NCBI GenBank assembly: GCA_030655095.1
Contig: JAURWF010000032.1
Span: 1 to 48,776, forward strand
Direction of reading: 5' to 3'
Length of the DNA stretch: 48,776 nucleotides
Source: a bacterium
GTDB lineage: Bacteria; Patescibacteriota; Patescibacteriia; Patescibacteriales; GWC2-42-12
Shown here: positions 1 through 8,743 of the stretch, in pieces
Numbering within the stretch: the stretch's first letter is position 1
How the letters are laid out: every line of letters begins with the position of its first letter
The notes under the pieces: generated by a model
The model's database searches: none
What the model saw: only the letters and a program-made list of their open reading frames with translations
What the model was told of the DNA's origin: nothing
Translations under genes and position numbers: made by a program

Positions 1-17
1 AAAACCCTAAACTTCTT

Positions 18-1151
18 TTATTTTTTACTTCTTGCTGTTAGAACAAAAAGAGTAATCAAAACAATGGAGGCAAAACCGACTCCAACCCATGGAATCCAAG
101 CATGACGCTCTGTTATTCTGCTTTCCTCTTTGTCGCAAACATCTCCAATACCATCACTGTCTATGTCTTCTTGATATTGATTTGGATTATTCGGGCAATT
201 ATCTTTTGAATTAATTATTCCATCTTGATCAAAATCATCACAAACATCGCCTCTGTTGTTATTATTTACATCTTGTTGATCCGAATTAGAAACAAAAACA
301 CAATTATCGCGAATATCTGCAACTCCATCGCTATCAACATCTGCAATAATATAATTTGAATTATTCTGAGATAAAATAACAGGCATTATAAAAATATCTT
401 TTGTAAAAGCTAAGTTACCAATTTCTCCAACAGGAGCTATCGCCGTTCTATCTGGATTAAAATAAACACGATAAGAATGAGCTGGTTGAGCTAAAAACCG
501 AACATCGTAAGTATTAAATCCGGCAATTTGCTCTTGATTTAATCGCAATTCGCTAATGCGAAGTGGTTGAGAAAATATAAAAGTAATTATCCATTTATTT
601 GAAGTAGTTTGCGGGAAACGAACAGTTTGTTGATCCATTCTTTGATTAGCAACAACGATTCTATTCTGACCATTTACAAACGCACGAATTTCTACAGAGC
701 TAGGCAAAGCAACATTGCTATCAAGTAAAGCTGTTAATATAGATGAAGTAATTGGACTCATATATGACAATGTAATTTGAGTTTGGCCTTGTATATTATT
801 AGGTAATGGAAAATCAGCATATGTTTGAATATTATTATCATTCATTTGATCTACAGTGTCAGTATTTGGGTTTGAGCTTATTGATACAGGCGTTTTACTT
901 ATTAATTCTTGTTTTAAAAAATATGGCTCAAAAGAATTTGTTGTTTTATCTAAAACAGCAAATTCAGAACGTTCAATAAATTCATTAGCAAAAGGAACTT
1001 CAACTACTGTTGGAACATTTATTGAAATATTTTCAATATCTTTATAATAACGATATGCGCTAATTATTAAATTTTGATCTATCTCTTGCGCGTTTACAGT
1101 TAAAGTAGCGCTAAAAATAATAAAAGATAAAAATAATATTTTTAATTTCAT
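18..1151 (-). CDS. Secreted, C-terminally anchored surface protein with thrombospondin type-3-like Asp-rich repeats
   Basis: 377-aa ORF. Signal peptide MKLKILFLSFIIFSATLTVNAQE. DxDxDGxxDxxDNC-type motifs (DVDSDGVADIRDNC, DDFDQDGIINSKDNC, DIDSDGIGDVCD). C-terminal TM helix WIPWVGVGFASIVLITLFVLT followed by RSKK. Confidence 0.7.
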   Translation of the reverse strand: MKLKILFLSFIIFSATLTVNAQEIDQNLIISAYRYYKDIENISINVPTVVEVPFANEFIERSEFAVLDKTTNSFEPYFLKQELISKTPVSISSNPNTDTVDQMNDNNIQTYADFPLPNNIQGQTQITLSYMSPITSSILTALLDSNVALPSSVEIRAFVNGQNRIVVANQRMDQQTVRFPQTTSNKWIITFIFSQPLRISELRLNQEQIAGFNTYDVRFLAQPAHSYRVYFNPDRTAIAPVGEIGNLAFTKDIFIMPVILSQNNSNYIIADVDSDGVADIRDNCVFVSNSDQQDVNNNNRGDVCDDFDQDGIINSKDNCPNNPNQYQEDIDSDGIGDVCDKEESRITERHAWIPWVGVGFASIVLITLFVLTARSKK

Positions 1152-1256
1152 AAAATTTTGGATTTAAAAAAAATTATAAATTTGTTATTTTTAATGTTTG
1201 GAAATTCGACTTCCAAACATATAATTTTCTAATTGTTAGATATTATTTGTTGATTA

Positions 1257-1922
1257 TCAGTTGTTTTTTTGTTTTTTTCCTAAAAAAGCAGTGCTAATTA
1301 ATAGTGTGCCAATAAGAAAAAAAGTAATAATCTTACCAGTAAGATCCATTCCCCAAATATCAACCAAAAACAATCTAGCAACAACAAGTCCGACAATCAC
1401 ACCTCCATAAATTTTGCGACATTTTTTTTGATTTATAAGTCCGTAAAAATAACAAATAAGTCCAATAATTGTGTAAATTACTAAAGAAATCATTATCGCA
1501 GTATTGTCGTCTTTAAGACCTGAATGCAAAGATAGCCATAAAAGCATATAGCCATATATTGAACCAATAATAATCATAGTTGCATTAAGTTGTCGTGGTT
1601 CTTTATCTTTAACTTCATAAACCTTGTGTAGAAAAAATAAACCAAGCCCAATAAGAGTAAGTGCCAAAACAAGAAGCACAAAAAAATCTTTATTAAAAAC
1701 ATTATAAATCCAAGCGGTAGATCCAATACTTTCTAAAGCTAAAATACCGGGTCCTATAAAAAGCAAGCTAACTCGTTCTGCAATTTTAATATCTCGCAAA
1801 ACAAAATATGTAACAAGAGAAATGACAGCACATTCAATTATATAGGCGGTGGTAAGTGTTGCGCCATTTAACTCAGCAGAAGTTGCAGAAGCTAACATAG
1901 CAATACCAATTCCAGCATACAC
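1257..1922 (-). CDS. Polytopic membrane protein, DUF2339-like C-terminal segment (GTG start in track; in frame with 1941..3134)
   Basis: 221 aa, about 7 hydrophobic helices. It lies in the same frame as the upstream ORF, separated only by TAA (1941-1943) plus 6 codons. Confidence 0.5.
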   Translation of the reverse strand: MYAGIGIAMLASATSAELNGATLTTAYIIECAVISLVTYFVLRDIKIAERVSLLFIGPGILALESIGSTAWIYNVFNKDFFVLLVLALTLIGLGLFFLHKVYEVKDKEPRQLNATMIIIGSIYGYMLLWLSLHSGLKDDNTAIMISLVIYTIIGLICYFYGLINQKKCRKIYGGVIVGLVVARLFLVDIWGMDLTGKIITFFLIGTLLISTAFLGKKQKNN

Positions 1923-1940
1923 ATAAAATGGCTCTCGTCT

Positions 1941-3134
1941 TTACGTAGTTTTAAATATTAAAAACGCTCCTACTGTAAATACAATCATCCATACTGCAAT
2001 AATTAAACTTTTCCATTCATCTTGCGCTACCTGTACAATCCAGGCAAGTAAAAATAATCCATTAATAGATGCTGTTATAAGATCAGGAATAATTTCTTTG
2101 CCTTTTAATTTTAAAATACCAATTGTATTTGTTAAAAAAAACAATGCTGAAAATGCAAACGCAAAAAGAAGTAAAATTTCTCGCGTATTTGTTGAAGTCA
2201 AAGAAAAAAGATGTGGTAAGCTATAAAATATAATTAATAAAAGAGCAGCGAATGTAAGCTCTCGTTTTTTAGTTAAAACAACAATCCAGATTACGCCCAA
2301 AACTACAACAAATAAATATGAAAATAATCCAATATAATCAGTTATTGGCGAGCTAGTAAGTAATGGCGCAATTCCTGCAAGAATAAGACTCGTCAAAGAA
2401 AGTCCGCTATTTTTGTATTTAACACTCGCAAATGCAACCAATGCCGTGCTTAAAAACATTATAACAAGCGCAGAAATTGGATCAAAAAAATCATAAATTT
2501 CACGACCAGCAAATATTGTTAATAGAATTATTGTTGAACCAAGAACTAAAAAAATTCCGCCCTGTTGAATATATTTTGTCATTCTCAACCATCCAAATGA
2601 TAAGAATAAAGCACCAATAATAATTCCGAGGGAAATACGACCCATTGGTCCAATCCAATTATTTAAAAATGCATAAGTAGTAAGCCAACCAAATCCAAAA
2701 AGCAAAAGAAGAGCGCCTAATTTAAGCAACCAATCTTCTTTTATCCAATTAATAAATTTATCAGATTCAGATAAAGTTGGTTCTACTTGAGGATAATTAA
2801 CCATCGGTTGACTTGATTGATCTAATTGACCTAATAAAGCTACTGAATTAAATGCTTTTTCAATATCAGATGCTTGCCAACCATTGGCTAAAAGAGAATT
2901 TTTAATTTCTTCTTTACTTTTTCCTTGTTCGCGTTGTTGTTTAATATAATTAGATGCTGGATTTAAATCCACTGACTGTTGCGCTATAAATTGTTGTGGC
3001 TTAAAACTTAACTCAGATACATGTTGAGTTGCGCCACTTTTTATAAATTGTTCTAAACTTCGTACTCGCTCACTAAGATTAATTACAAGAACTAAAAGTA
3101 CCACGCCACCAACAAAAATAAAAAATTCAATCAT
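1941..3134 (-). CDS. DUF2339-family polytopic membrane protein (N-terminal part)
   Basis: 397 aa. Has an N-terminal TM, then a soluble segment, then many TM helices. The segment WIGPMGRISLGIIIGALFLSFGWL is typical of the DUF2339 repeat pattern. Family assignment is from memory of that pattern. Confidence 0.6.
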   Translation of the reverse strand: MIEFFIFVGGVVLLVLVINLSERVRSLEQFIKSGATQHVSELSFKPQQFIAQQSVDLNPASNYIKQQREQGKSKEEIKNSLLANGWQASDIEKAFNSVALLGQLDQSSQPMVNYPQVEPTLSESDKFINWIKEDWLLKLGALLLLFGFGWLTTYAFLNNWIGPMGRISLGIIIGALFLSFGWLRMTKYIQQGGIFLVLGSTIILLTIFAGREIYDFFDPISALVIMFLSTALVAFASVKYKNSGLSLTSLILAGIAPLLTSSPITDYIGLFSYLFVVVLGVIWIVVLTKKRELTFAALLLIIFYSLPHLFSLTSTNTREILLLFAFAFSALFFLTNTIGILKLKGKEIIPDLITASINGLFLLAWIVQVAQDEWKSLIIAVWMIVFTVGAFLIFKTT

Positions 3135-3358
3135 ATAGTTTTAATTAAAAAAATAAATAAAATTTTTAAATTCTTACAATATTCAATTAGTATAACACAA
3201 TACTAATTATTAAAACACAATAATTTCTTAACAATTACTTTTTTTTAAAAAAAATTTGACATAATAACTTATTAATGCTATATATTAATTATTATTAATA
3301 GAGATTAGTTTAAAATGATCTCGCAAAACTCGAATCTCATGTCATAACAATAATGTAA

Positions 3359-4624
3359 ATGGCCTATAGAAACGGGTCATTTATTTTTTTTATGTCTGAA
3401 CAAATCAAACAAACAAAATCTGGGTTCGCAGAATTAGGCGTTAACCCATTAGTTTCAAGTGCGCTTGAAACTTTAAATTTAAACTCCCCTACTCCAATTC
3501 AAGCAAAATCAATTCCAGTAATTCTTGCTGGTCAAGATTTAATTGGCGTAGCTCAAACAGGTACTGGAAAAACTTTTGCTTTTGGCATTCCTTTGATAGA
3601 ACGATTAGCTTTTAATAAAGGAAAAGGTCTTGTATTACTCCCGACTCGCGAATTAGCATTACAAGTTGATGAAAATTTAAGAAAATTAGGAAATAAATTT
3701 GGCTTAAGAACAGCCGTCTTAATTGGTGGCGAAGCCATTGGACGTCAAGCACAAAGTCTTAGAAGAAATCCTCATATTTTTATTGCTACTCCAGGAAGAC
3801 TAATTGATCATTTAAAAAGAGGCTGGGTAAAATTAGATGATATTAAAATCTTAGTTTTAGATGAGGCTGATTTAATGCTTGACATGGGATTTGCTCCTCA
3901 AATAGAAGAAATTATTAAACAAACTCCAAAAGAACGACAAGCATTACTGTTTTCCGCAACTATGCCTTTGTCTATTTTAAAACTTGCTTCTTTACATATG
4001 AATTTACCAATTCACATTGAAGTCGCTCCGCAAGGAACAACCGTTGAGCGTGTTGATCAAGAGATTTATGTAATGAGAAAAGAAGACAAATATATCCAAT
4101 TAGAAAAAATTCTTAATCAATTTAATGGAGCTATTTTAATTTTTGCTCGCACTAAGCATGGCGTTAAAGAATTAACCAAAGATCTTAAGACGAGTGGTCA
4201 TAAAGTAGCTGAAATTCATTCTAATCTTTCCTTTAATCAACGTTGTGAATCAATGGCAGGATTTAAAAATAAAAGATATCGGATTTTAATAGCCACTGAC
4301 ATTGCCGCGCGTGGCATAGACGTTAGTAATATAGAATTAGTAGTAAACTATGACTTACCTGATAGTTCAGAGGATTATGTTCATCGCATTGGTCGTACTG
4401 CTAGAGCTGGAAATGTTGGCAAAGCGATTTCTTTTGCAACACCAAATCAAGGAAAAGATATTATTAGTATTGAAAGATTAATTAATAAAAAATTAAATTT
4501 AACAAAATTTGCCGAATTAGAACGGTCTAATACGCGTCCAACATATTCAAGATACGGCAAAACCTCAAGCTTCGGCAGATCAAATACTTCTCGCTCAAAA
4601 CCTAATAACTTTAGAAGAAAATAA
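3359..4624 (+). CDS. DEAD-box ATP-dependent RNA helicase
   Basis: Motifs AQTGTGKT (I), PTRELA (Ia), VLDEADLMLDMGF (II, DEAD), SAT (III), HRIGRTARAG (VI). Basic C-terminal tail. An alternative, more plausible start is ATG 3392 (MSEQIKQTK...). Confidence 0.93.
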   Translation: MAYRNGSFIFFMSEQIKQTKSGFAELGVNPLVSSALETLNLNSPTPIQAKSIPVILAGQDLIGVAQTGTGKTFAFGIPLIERLAFNKGKGLVLLPTRELALQVDENLRKLGNKFGLRTAVLIGGEAIGRQAQSLRRNPHIFIATPGRLIDHLKRGWVKLDDIKILVLDEADLMLDMGFAPQIEEIIKQTPKERQALLFSATMPLSILKLASLHMNLPIHIEVAPQGTTVERVDQEIYVMRKEDKYIQLEKILNQFNGAILIFARTKHGVKELTKDLKTSGHKVAEIHSNLSFNQRCESMAGFKNKRYRILIATDIAARGIDVSNIELVVNYDLPDSSEDYVHRIGRTARAGNVGKAISFATPNQGKDIISIERLINKKLNLTKFAELERSNTRPTYSRYGKTSSFGRSNTSRSKPNNFRRK

Positions 4625-4690
4625 TTAACAAAAAACGGCACAGTCCTCCAATAGGAAACTATGCCTAAATAAAATAAACCTAATAACTTT

Positions 4691-4730
4691 ACAAGCAAAT
4701 AATTTTAACAATTTATTTGCTTGTATTTTT
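4691..4730 (+). terminator. Hairpin plus T-run after the helicase gene; overlaps the 3' end of the convergent PAP2 gene
   Basis: 12-bp stem acaagcaaataa (4691-4702) / ttatttgcttgt (4713-4724), followed by attttt. Confidence 0.5.
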
Positions 4731-5253
4731 GTTTATAGAGTGCAAAAACAACTATAAGAATAAAAAAACCGAGTAGATATCCACCTAATACATCACTTAC
4801 ATAATGAACTCCCAAATATAATCTGCTAAAACCAATAGCAAGGATTATAATAAAACAGACAAAAAATATAACTACCTTGTGCCACCAAGTTTTTATGCAA
4901 CGAGCTAAGACATACGCAAGAAAACCATAAAAAATCATAGCAAAAATTGCATGTCCGCTTGGAAAAGAGAACGAATGCTCAAAATATACTGAATTAACTG
5001 GTCGATCCCTATGAATAAGTAATTTCAATAAATAGCCGAATATTCCACCAGTCGTAAGTGCTAGCCAAAGATAAAAAATATAATCCTTCTTTTTCCAAAA
5101 CCAAAAAATGACTGAAGCAATAATTGCTAAACCAAAAACAATCTGCAATTTTCCCAAAAACGTAATTAATAAAAATACTTTAACTAGCTCAGGATTTCGA
5201 ACAGATACTAAAAAATTAGCAATTTGTAGATCCATATTTTCGTGGAAGCTCAT
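4705..5253 (-). CDS. PAP2-family (type 2 phosphatidic acid / undecaprenyl-diphosphate) phosphatase
   Basis: 182 aa, multi-TM. PAP2 signature motifs KLLIHRDRP, SFPSGH, SRLYLGVHYVSDV. Confidence 0.85.
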   Translation of the reverse strand: MSFHENMDLQIANFLVSVRNPELVKVFLLITFLGKLQIVFGLAIIASVIFWFWKKKDYIFYLWLALTTGGIFGYLLKLLIHRDRPVNSVYFEHSFSFPSGHAIFAMIFYGFLAYVLARCIKTWWHKVVIFFVCFIIILAIGFSRLYLGVHYVSDVLGGYLLGFFILIVVFALYKQKYKQINC

Positions 5254-5292
5254 AGAAGCTTAGCTTCCAAATTTGTGGAAGCTAAGCTTCTA
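5253..5292. repeat. Perfect 17-bp-stem palindrome spanning the PAP2 start codon
   Basis: tagaagcttagcttcca (5253-5269) / tggaagctaagcttcta (5276-5292), with loop aatttg. The left arm begins at the start codon complement (cat 5251-5253). Confidence 0.8.
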
Positions 5293-5307
5293 CAAAAAAA
5301 TCAAATT

Positions 5308-5463
5308 TTATTTAGTCTCCTTGTGTAGAGTATGTTTTTTGCAATGCTTGCAAAATTTCATCATTTCCAATCTATCCTTAAGAGTTTTTTTATTCTTTCT
5401 TGAAAAATAGTTAATTCTTTTACACTCCTTGCACTCCAATTTCATCATGTTATCTTGTGGCAT
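5308..5463 (-). CDS. rpmG: 50S ribosomal protein L33
   Basis: [51 protein letters not shown], showing the CxxC...CxxC zinc ribbon and the HKETK terminus. The track ORF (to 5589) runs upstream into tRNA-Tyr, so it is trimmed to M43. Confidence 0.9.
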   Translation of the reverse strand: MPQDNMMKLECKECKRINYFSRKNKKTLKDRLEMMKFCKHCKKHTLHKETK

Positions 5464-5495
5464 AATTTTGTTATTTAAAAAGTTAAAATTTAAAA

Positions 5496-5581
5496 TGGTG
5501 GGCCGGGTAGGATTCGAACCTACGAAGACGAACGCCAGCAGATTTACAGTCTGCCCCAGTTGACCGCTTTGGTACCGACCC
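5496..5581 (-). tRNA. tRNA-Tyr (GTA), type II long variable arm, CCA encoded
   Basis: The reverse complement folds as GGGTCGG acceptor / anticodon stem GCAGA-CTGTAAA-TCTGC / T arm GTAGG-TTCGAAT-CCTAC / CCGGCCC-A-CCA. Confidence 0.9.
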
Positions 5582-5596
5582 ATAATCAATTATAAT

Positions 5597-5720
5597 TTGT
5601 ATTTTGTATTTTATATTTTATATTTTATATTTTGTATTTCTCAGTATTTTCAGAGCCCCTCAGAAACTATCAGTGGTTCAGACAACTTCTCAAAAACTAT
5701 CAGTGGTTCAGACAACTTCG
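5597..5720 (+). repeat. Heptamer microsatellite (tatttt[ag]) plus two tandem copies of the dispersed CAGTGGTTCAGACAA repeat (family 1), in the tRNA-Thr/tRNA-Tyr spacer
   Basis: ttctcagtattttcagagcccctcagaaactatcagtggttcagacaactt followed by ctcaaaaactatcagtggttcagacaactt. The same element occurs at 34255, 35591, 36377-36522, 44630-44725 and 45446-45523. Confidence 0.9.
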
Positions 5721-5721
5721 G

Positions 5722-5794
5722 AGCCGTTGCGCGGAATTGAACCGCGGACCTACTCCTTACCATGGAGTTGCTCTACCAGCTGAGCTACAACGGC
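5722..5794 (-). tRNA. tRNA-Thr (GGT), CCA not encoded
   Basis: Reverse complement is GCCGTTG-TA-GCTCAGCTGGTAGAGC-A-ACTCC-ATGGTAA-GGAGT-AGGTC-CGCGG-TTCAATT-CCGCG-CAACGGC-T. Confidence 0.9.
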
Positions 5795-5862
5795 AAATAA
5801 AAAAATTTTCAATTTTTATATTACAAAATTTCTAAAAATTGTAAAACAAAAATCAAAAATTA

Positions 5863-6729
5863 TTACAACTCGTCAATTTGTTTTTTAAATAGCTCAATTT
5901 TCTTATTCTCCAGATTAGCTACTACTAACTTATCATAAATATCTAAAGCTAACATTTTATCTTTTGTTATTATACTTAACTCTAACATTATGTCAAGATA
6001 ACGAGGATTATTTGGCTCTATTTCAAGAGCTTCTTTTAAGCTATTGATTGCTTCGGGAAGACTATTTAATGCTTGATAAACTAATGCTAAATTATAAAAA
6101 GTCTGGGCATTTTGTTTATTTCCTTTTAATGATTCGATGTAATCACGCTCAGATTGACTAAGACCATCTTTTTTATTAGCAATTTGCGCTAAATTATCAC
6201 TAACATTTTTATCGTCTTGTTTTAACTTTAAAACATGCTCAAACGCTTGCTTAGCTTCTTCAAAACTTTTCTGCTCAAAATATAACCGTCCCAACTCTTC
6301 AAATGCTCTAATATTCTTACTGTCTAACCCTATAATTTTAATATATTTTTTCTCTGCCATTGCCAAATCATCTTGTTTTTTTAACATAACTGCCTCATCA
6401 AACAGCTGATCAATCGTTGCATTATTATTATCTAAATTAGCCACTGGCTTTTGATGCTCATCTTTTAATCTTTGCAATCTCTTATATAACAAACTAAATA
6501 AATTATTTAAAACTGTTACCAATGGTCCTGTAAATCTAACAAATTGCAACCACCATTTAATAACATTTCTTTTTAATCTTGCGCTAATAATTTGTTCCTT
6601 AATTTTAGCTTCTTTTTCAGCGGGGATACTTTTAATATCTAATGTTGCTAAAAGAGGAAATTTTTTAAAAACAATAACTATAATTATAATCAAACTAATC
6701 AAAATTAAAACTACTGAAATAATATTCAT
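5863..6729 (-). CDS. N-terminally anchored TPR-repeat protein
   Basis: 288 aa. N-terminal TM MNIISVVLILISLIIIIVIVF. TPR-like units (EEAKQAFEHVLKLKQDD; YNLALVYQALNSLPEAINSLKEALEIEPNNP). Confidence 0.7.
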   Translation of the reverse strand: MNIISVVLILISLIIIIVIVFKKFPLLATLDIKSIPAEKEAKIKEQIISARLKRNVIKWWLQFVRFTGPLVTVLNNLFSLLYKRLQRLKDEHQKPVANLDNNNATIDQLFDEAVMLKKQDDLAMAEKKYIKIIGLDSKNIRAFEELGRLYFEQKSFEEAKQAFEHVLKLKQDDKNVSDNLAQIANKKDGLSQSERDYIESLKGNKQNAQTFYNLALVYQALNSLPEAINSLKEALEIEPNNPRYLDIMLELSIITKDKMLALDIYDKLVVANLENKKIELFKKQIDEL

Positions 6730-6745
6730 ATATATTAGCTTCTTA

Positions 6746-6795
6746 GACTTTATGAACTTTACAGACTTTTGACTTTATGGACTTTACAGACTTTC
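6746..6795. repeat. 25-bp x2 tandem repeat (gactttatgRactttacagacttt)
   Basis: Units lie at 6746-6770 and 6771-6795. The core gactttacagactt is the reverse complement of the aagtctgtaaagtc word repeated at 11801-11898 and 12427-12450. Confidence 0.8.
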
Positions 6796-7670
6796 TATAT
6801 TTCCGTTTTACCAATAATAATTTGGCCTGCGCTACCAAATAATTTCATTTTTGCAATAACCACCTCTTCCATTGCGCTAATTGTTGGTTTTAATAAATTT
6901 CTTGGATCAGTTTCTTTCTTATTCTTTAAACACTCTTTCATTAAAGTTCGGCAAAAAGCTACTTTTAAATCCGTGCCAATATTAATAATACTCACACCTT
7001 CTTTTATTGCTCTCCTTATTTTAGCATCATCAACTCCTGACGCGCCATGCAAAACAAAAGGAATTTTTACAAGCTCTTTTATGGCTTTTAATAATTTAAA
7101 AACAATGCTTTCGTTTATATGTATACCGTGTGCCGTACCAACTGCTGCCGCAATTGTATCAACTCCAGTCTCTTTGGCAAATTTAACAACTTCATCCAAA
7201 TTTGCTAAAGGTATATTTTCTAATTTACTTATAATATCTCCATGAGACCCAGCAATAGCCCCAACTTCTCCTTGTACCCAAACATTCTTAGCATGTGCTA
7301 CTCTAATAACTTGCTTAGTTAAATTAATATTTTCGTCTAAAGGCAGACTTGAAGCATCAATATGCACTGAAGAAAAACCAGCGCTAATACATTCAAAAAC
7401 AGAATCAAAACTAGAGCCATGATCAAGGTGCAAAGCAATTGGAACATCAACTGCCACATTTTTAGCAACAGTAGATACTATATGAGTAATCGGCTTAAGT
7501 CCCATGTATTGGATCGCGCTTTCCGAAACTTGAATTATTGCTGGTGAATTTGCTTTAACAGCTGCTTGTGCCACTGCTAAAATTGACTCCAAGTTGGTAA
7601 CATTAAACGCTCCAACAGCATAACCACCCTTCTGAGCATTTTTAACTAAAGTTTTTATATGAACTAACAT
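6795..7670 (-). CDS. fba: Class II fructose-1,6-bisphosphate (ketose-bisphosphate) aldolase
   Basis: 291 aa. GYAVGAFNV, PIALHLDHG, HIDAS and GTAHG motifs of class II aldolases. Confidence 0.9.
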   Translation of the reverse strand: MLVHIKTLVKNAQKGGYAVGAFNVTNLESILAVAQAAVKANSPAIIQVSESAIQYMGLKPITHIVSTVAKNVAVDVPIALHLDHGSSFDSVFECISAGFSSVHIDASSLPLDENINLTKQVIRVAHAKNVWVQGEVGAIAGSHGDIISKLENIPLANLDEVVKFAKETGVDTIAAAVGTAHGIHINESIVFKLLKAIKELVKIPFVLHGASGVDDAKIRRAIKEGVSIINIGTDLKVAFCRTLMKECLKNKKETDPRNLLKPTISAMEEVVIAKMKLFGSAGQIIIGKTEI

Positions 7671-7681
7671 AAATTTAAAAT

Positions 7682-7755
7682 TTAGCTTTTTAGCTTGTAG
7701 CTTGTAGCTTTTTAGTAAATTTCTAAGAAGCTACAAGCTACAACCTAAAAAGCTA
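7682..7755. repeat. Long imperfect palindrome built from agctttttag / gctacaa words, between fba and tpiA
   Basis: Left arm ttagctttttagcttgtagcttgtagctttttag, right arm ctaagaagctacaagctacaacctaaaaagcta. The same words recur at 27983-28068 and 46172-46212. Confidence 0.8.
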
Positions 7756-7756
7756 G

Positions 7757-8530
7757 TTAAAAACTAGAGGCTATTTTATAAAATTCATCTGCTTTTAAGC
7801 TCGCTCCACCAACTAATAAGCCATCTATATTTTCTAAATTAGCGAAACCTTTAACACTCTGACTATCAATACTGCCTCCATAAATTATACGAAAATTATC
7901 ACTTACCGCTTTTATACCGAACATATCATTCAAAGTTAGCTTAATAATCTTATGAGCATATTCAGCTTCAGCGGGTTCAATGGTGGAGCCAGTTCCTTTT
8001 CCAGAACTAATTGCCCAAATCGGCTCATAAGCAATAATAATTTGCTGATTACCTAAAACATCAACGCCACTCAAAGCTTGTTGCAACTGATCAACCAAAA
8101 CAAAATCACGCTGATCTGTTTTCTTTTCCTCCCAACTTTCACCAATACAAATAATTGGAGTTAATTTTTCAGTTTTAACAACAGCTTTGACTTTTTTATG
8201 TACCATTTCATAATTTTCTGATAAATACCTACGTCGTTCACTATGACCAATAATAACATATTCACAACCAAGTTCAACGAGCATATTAGGAGAAATTTCT
8301 CCAGTATATGTACCCTTGTCTTGCCAAAAAACATTCTGTGCACCTAATTTTAATGACGTTTTACTAATAATTTCTCCTACTTTTGCTAAAGCTGGTGCTG
8401 TGCAACAAAGGACAGCTTCACTGCTAGAAAAATCTTTAAACTTCTTTGCAAATTCATTAGCAGTATCCAAAGTCTCCTGCAAATTTAAATACATCTTCCA
8501 ATTAGCAATAATTATTTTTTTAGTAGTCAT
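7757..8530 (-). CDS. tpiA: Triosephosphate isomerase
   Basis: 257 aa. IIANWKMY, IIGHSERR, AYEPIWAI and YGGS motifs. Confidence 0.93.
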   Translation of the reverse strand: MTTKKIIIANWKMYLNLQETLDTANEFAKKFKDFSSSEAVLCCTAPALAKVGEIISKTSLKLGAQNVFWQDKGTYTGEISPNMLVELGCEYVIIGHSERRRYLSENYEMVHKKVKAVVKTEKLTPIICIGESWEEKKTDQRDFVLVDQLQQALSGVDVLGNQQIIIAYEPIWAISSGKGTGSTIEPAEAEYAHKIIKLTLNDMFGIKAVSDNFRIIYGGSIDSQSVKGFANLENIDGLLVGGASLKADEFYKIASSF

Positions 8531-8743
8531 AAATTTTATTTTTTTTATATCTTAATATTTTAATTAAGTTTAACTATAACATCTAAATTAATATTTTACA
8601 AATTAAAAAATTTGCCAAAAGAGGAAAAGCTTTATATAGTAATATCATACGAATCTATAAATTATGAATAAAGCTAGATTATTAGTAATATTCGTATTAT
8701 TCTATAGAATTCATGTTTTAATTAACAAATTTGTATTATATTT

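Noticed and set aside
5308-5589. 93-aa track ORF extending L33 upstream
   Set aside because: The N-terminal 42 codons are the antisense reading of tRNA-Tyr (5496-5581). Only the last 51 codons match L33.
5632-5835. 67-aa plus-strand ORF
   Set aside because: It is a translation of family 1 repeats plus the complement of tRNA-Thr.
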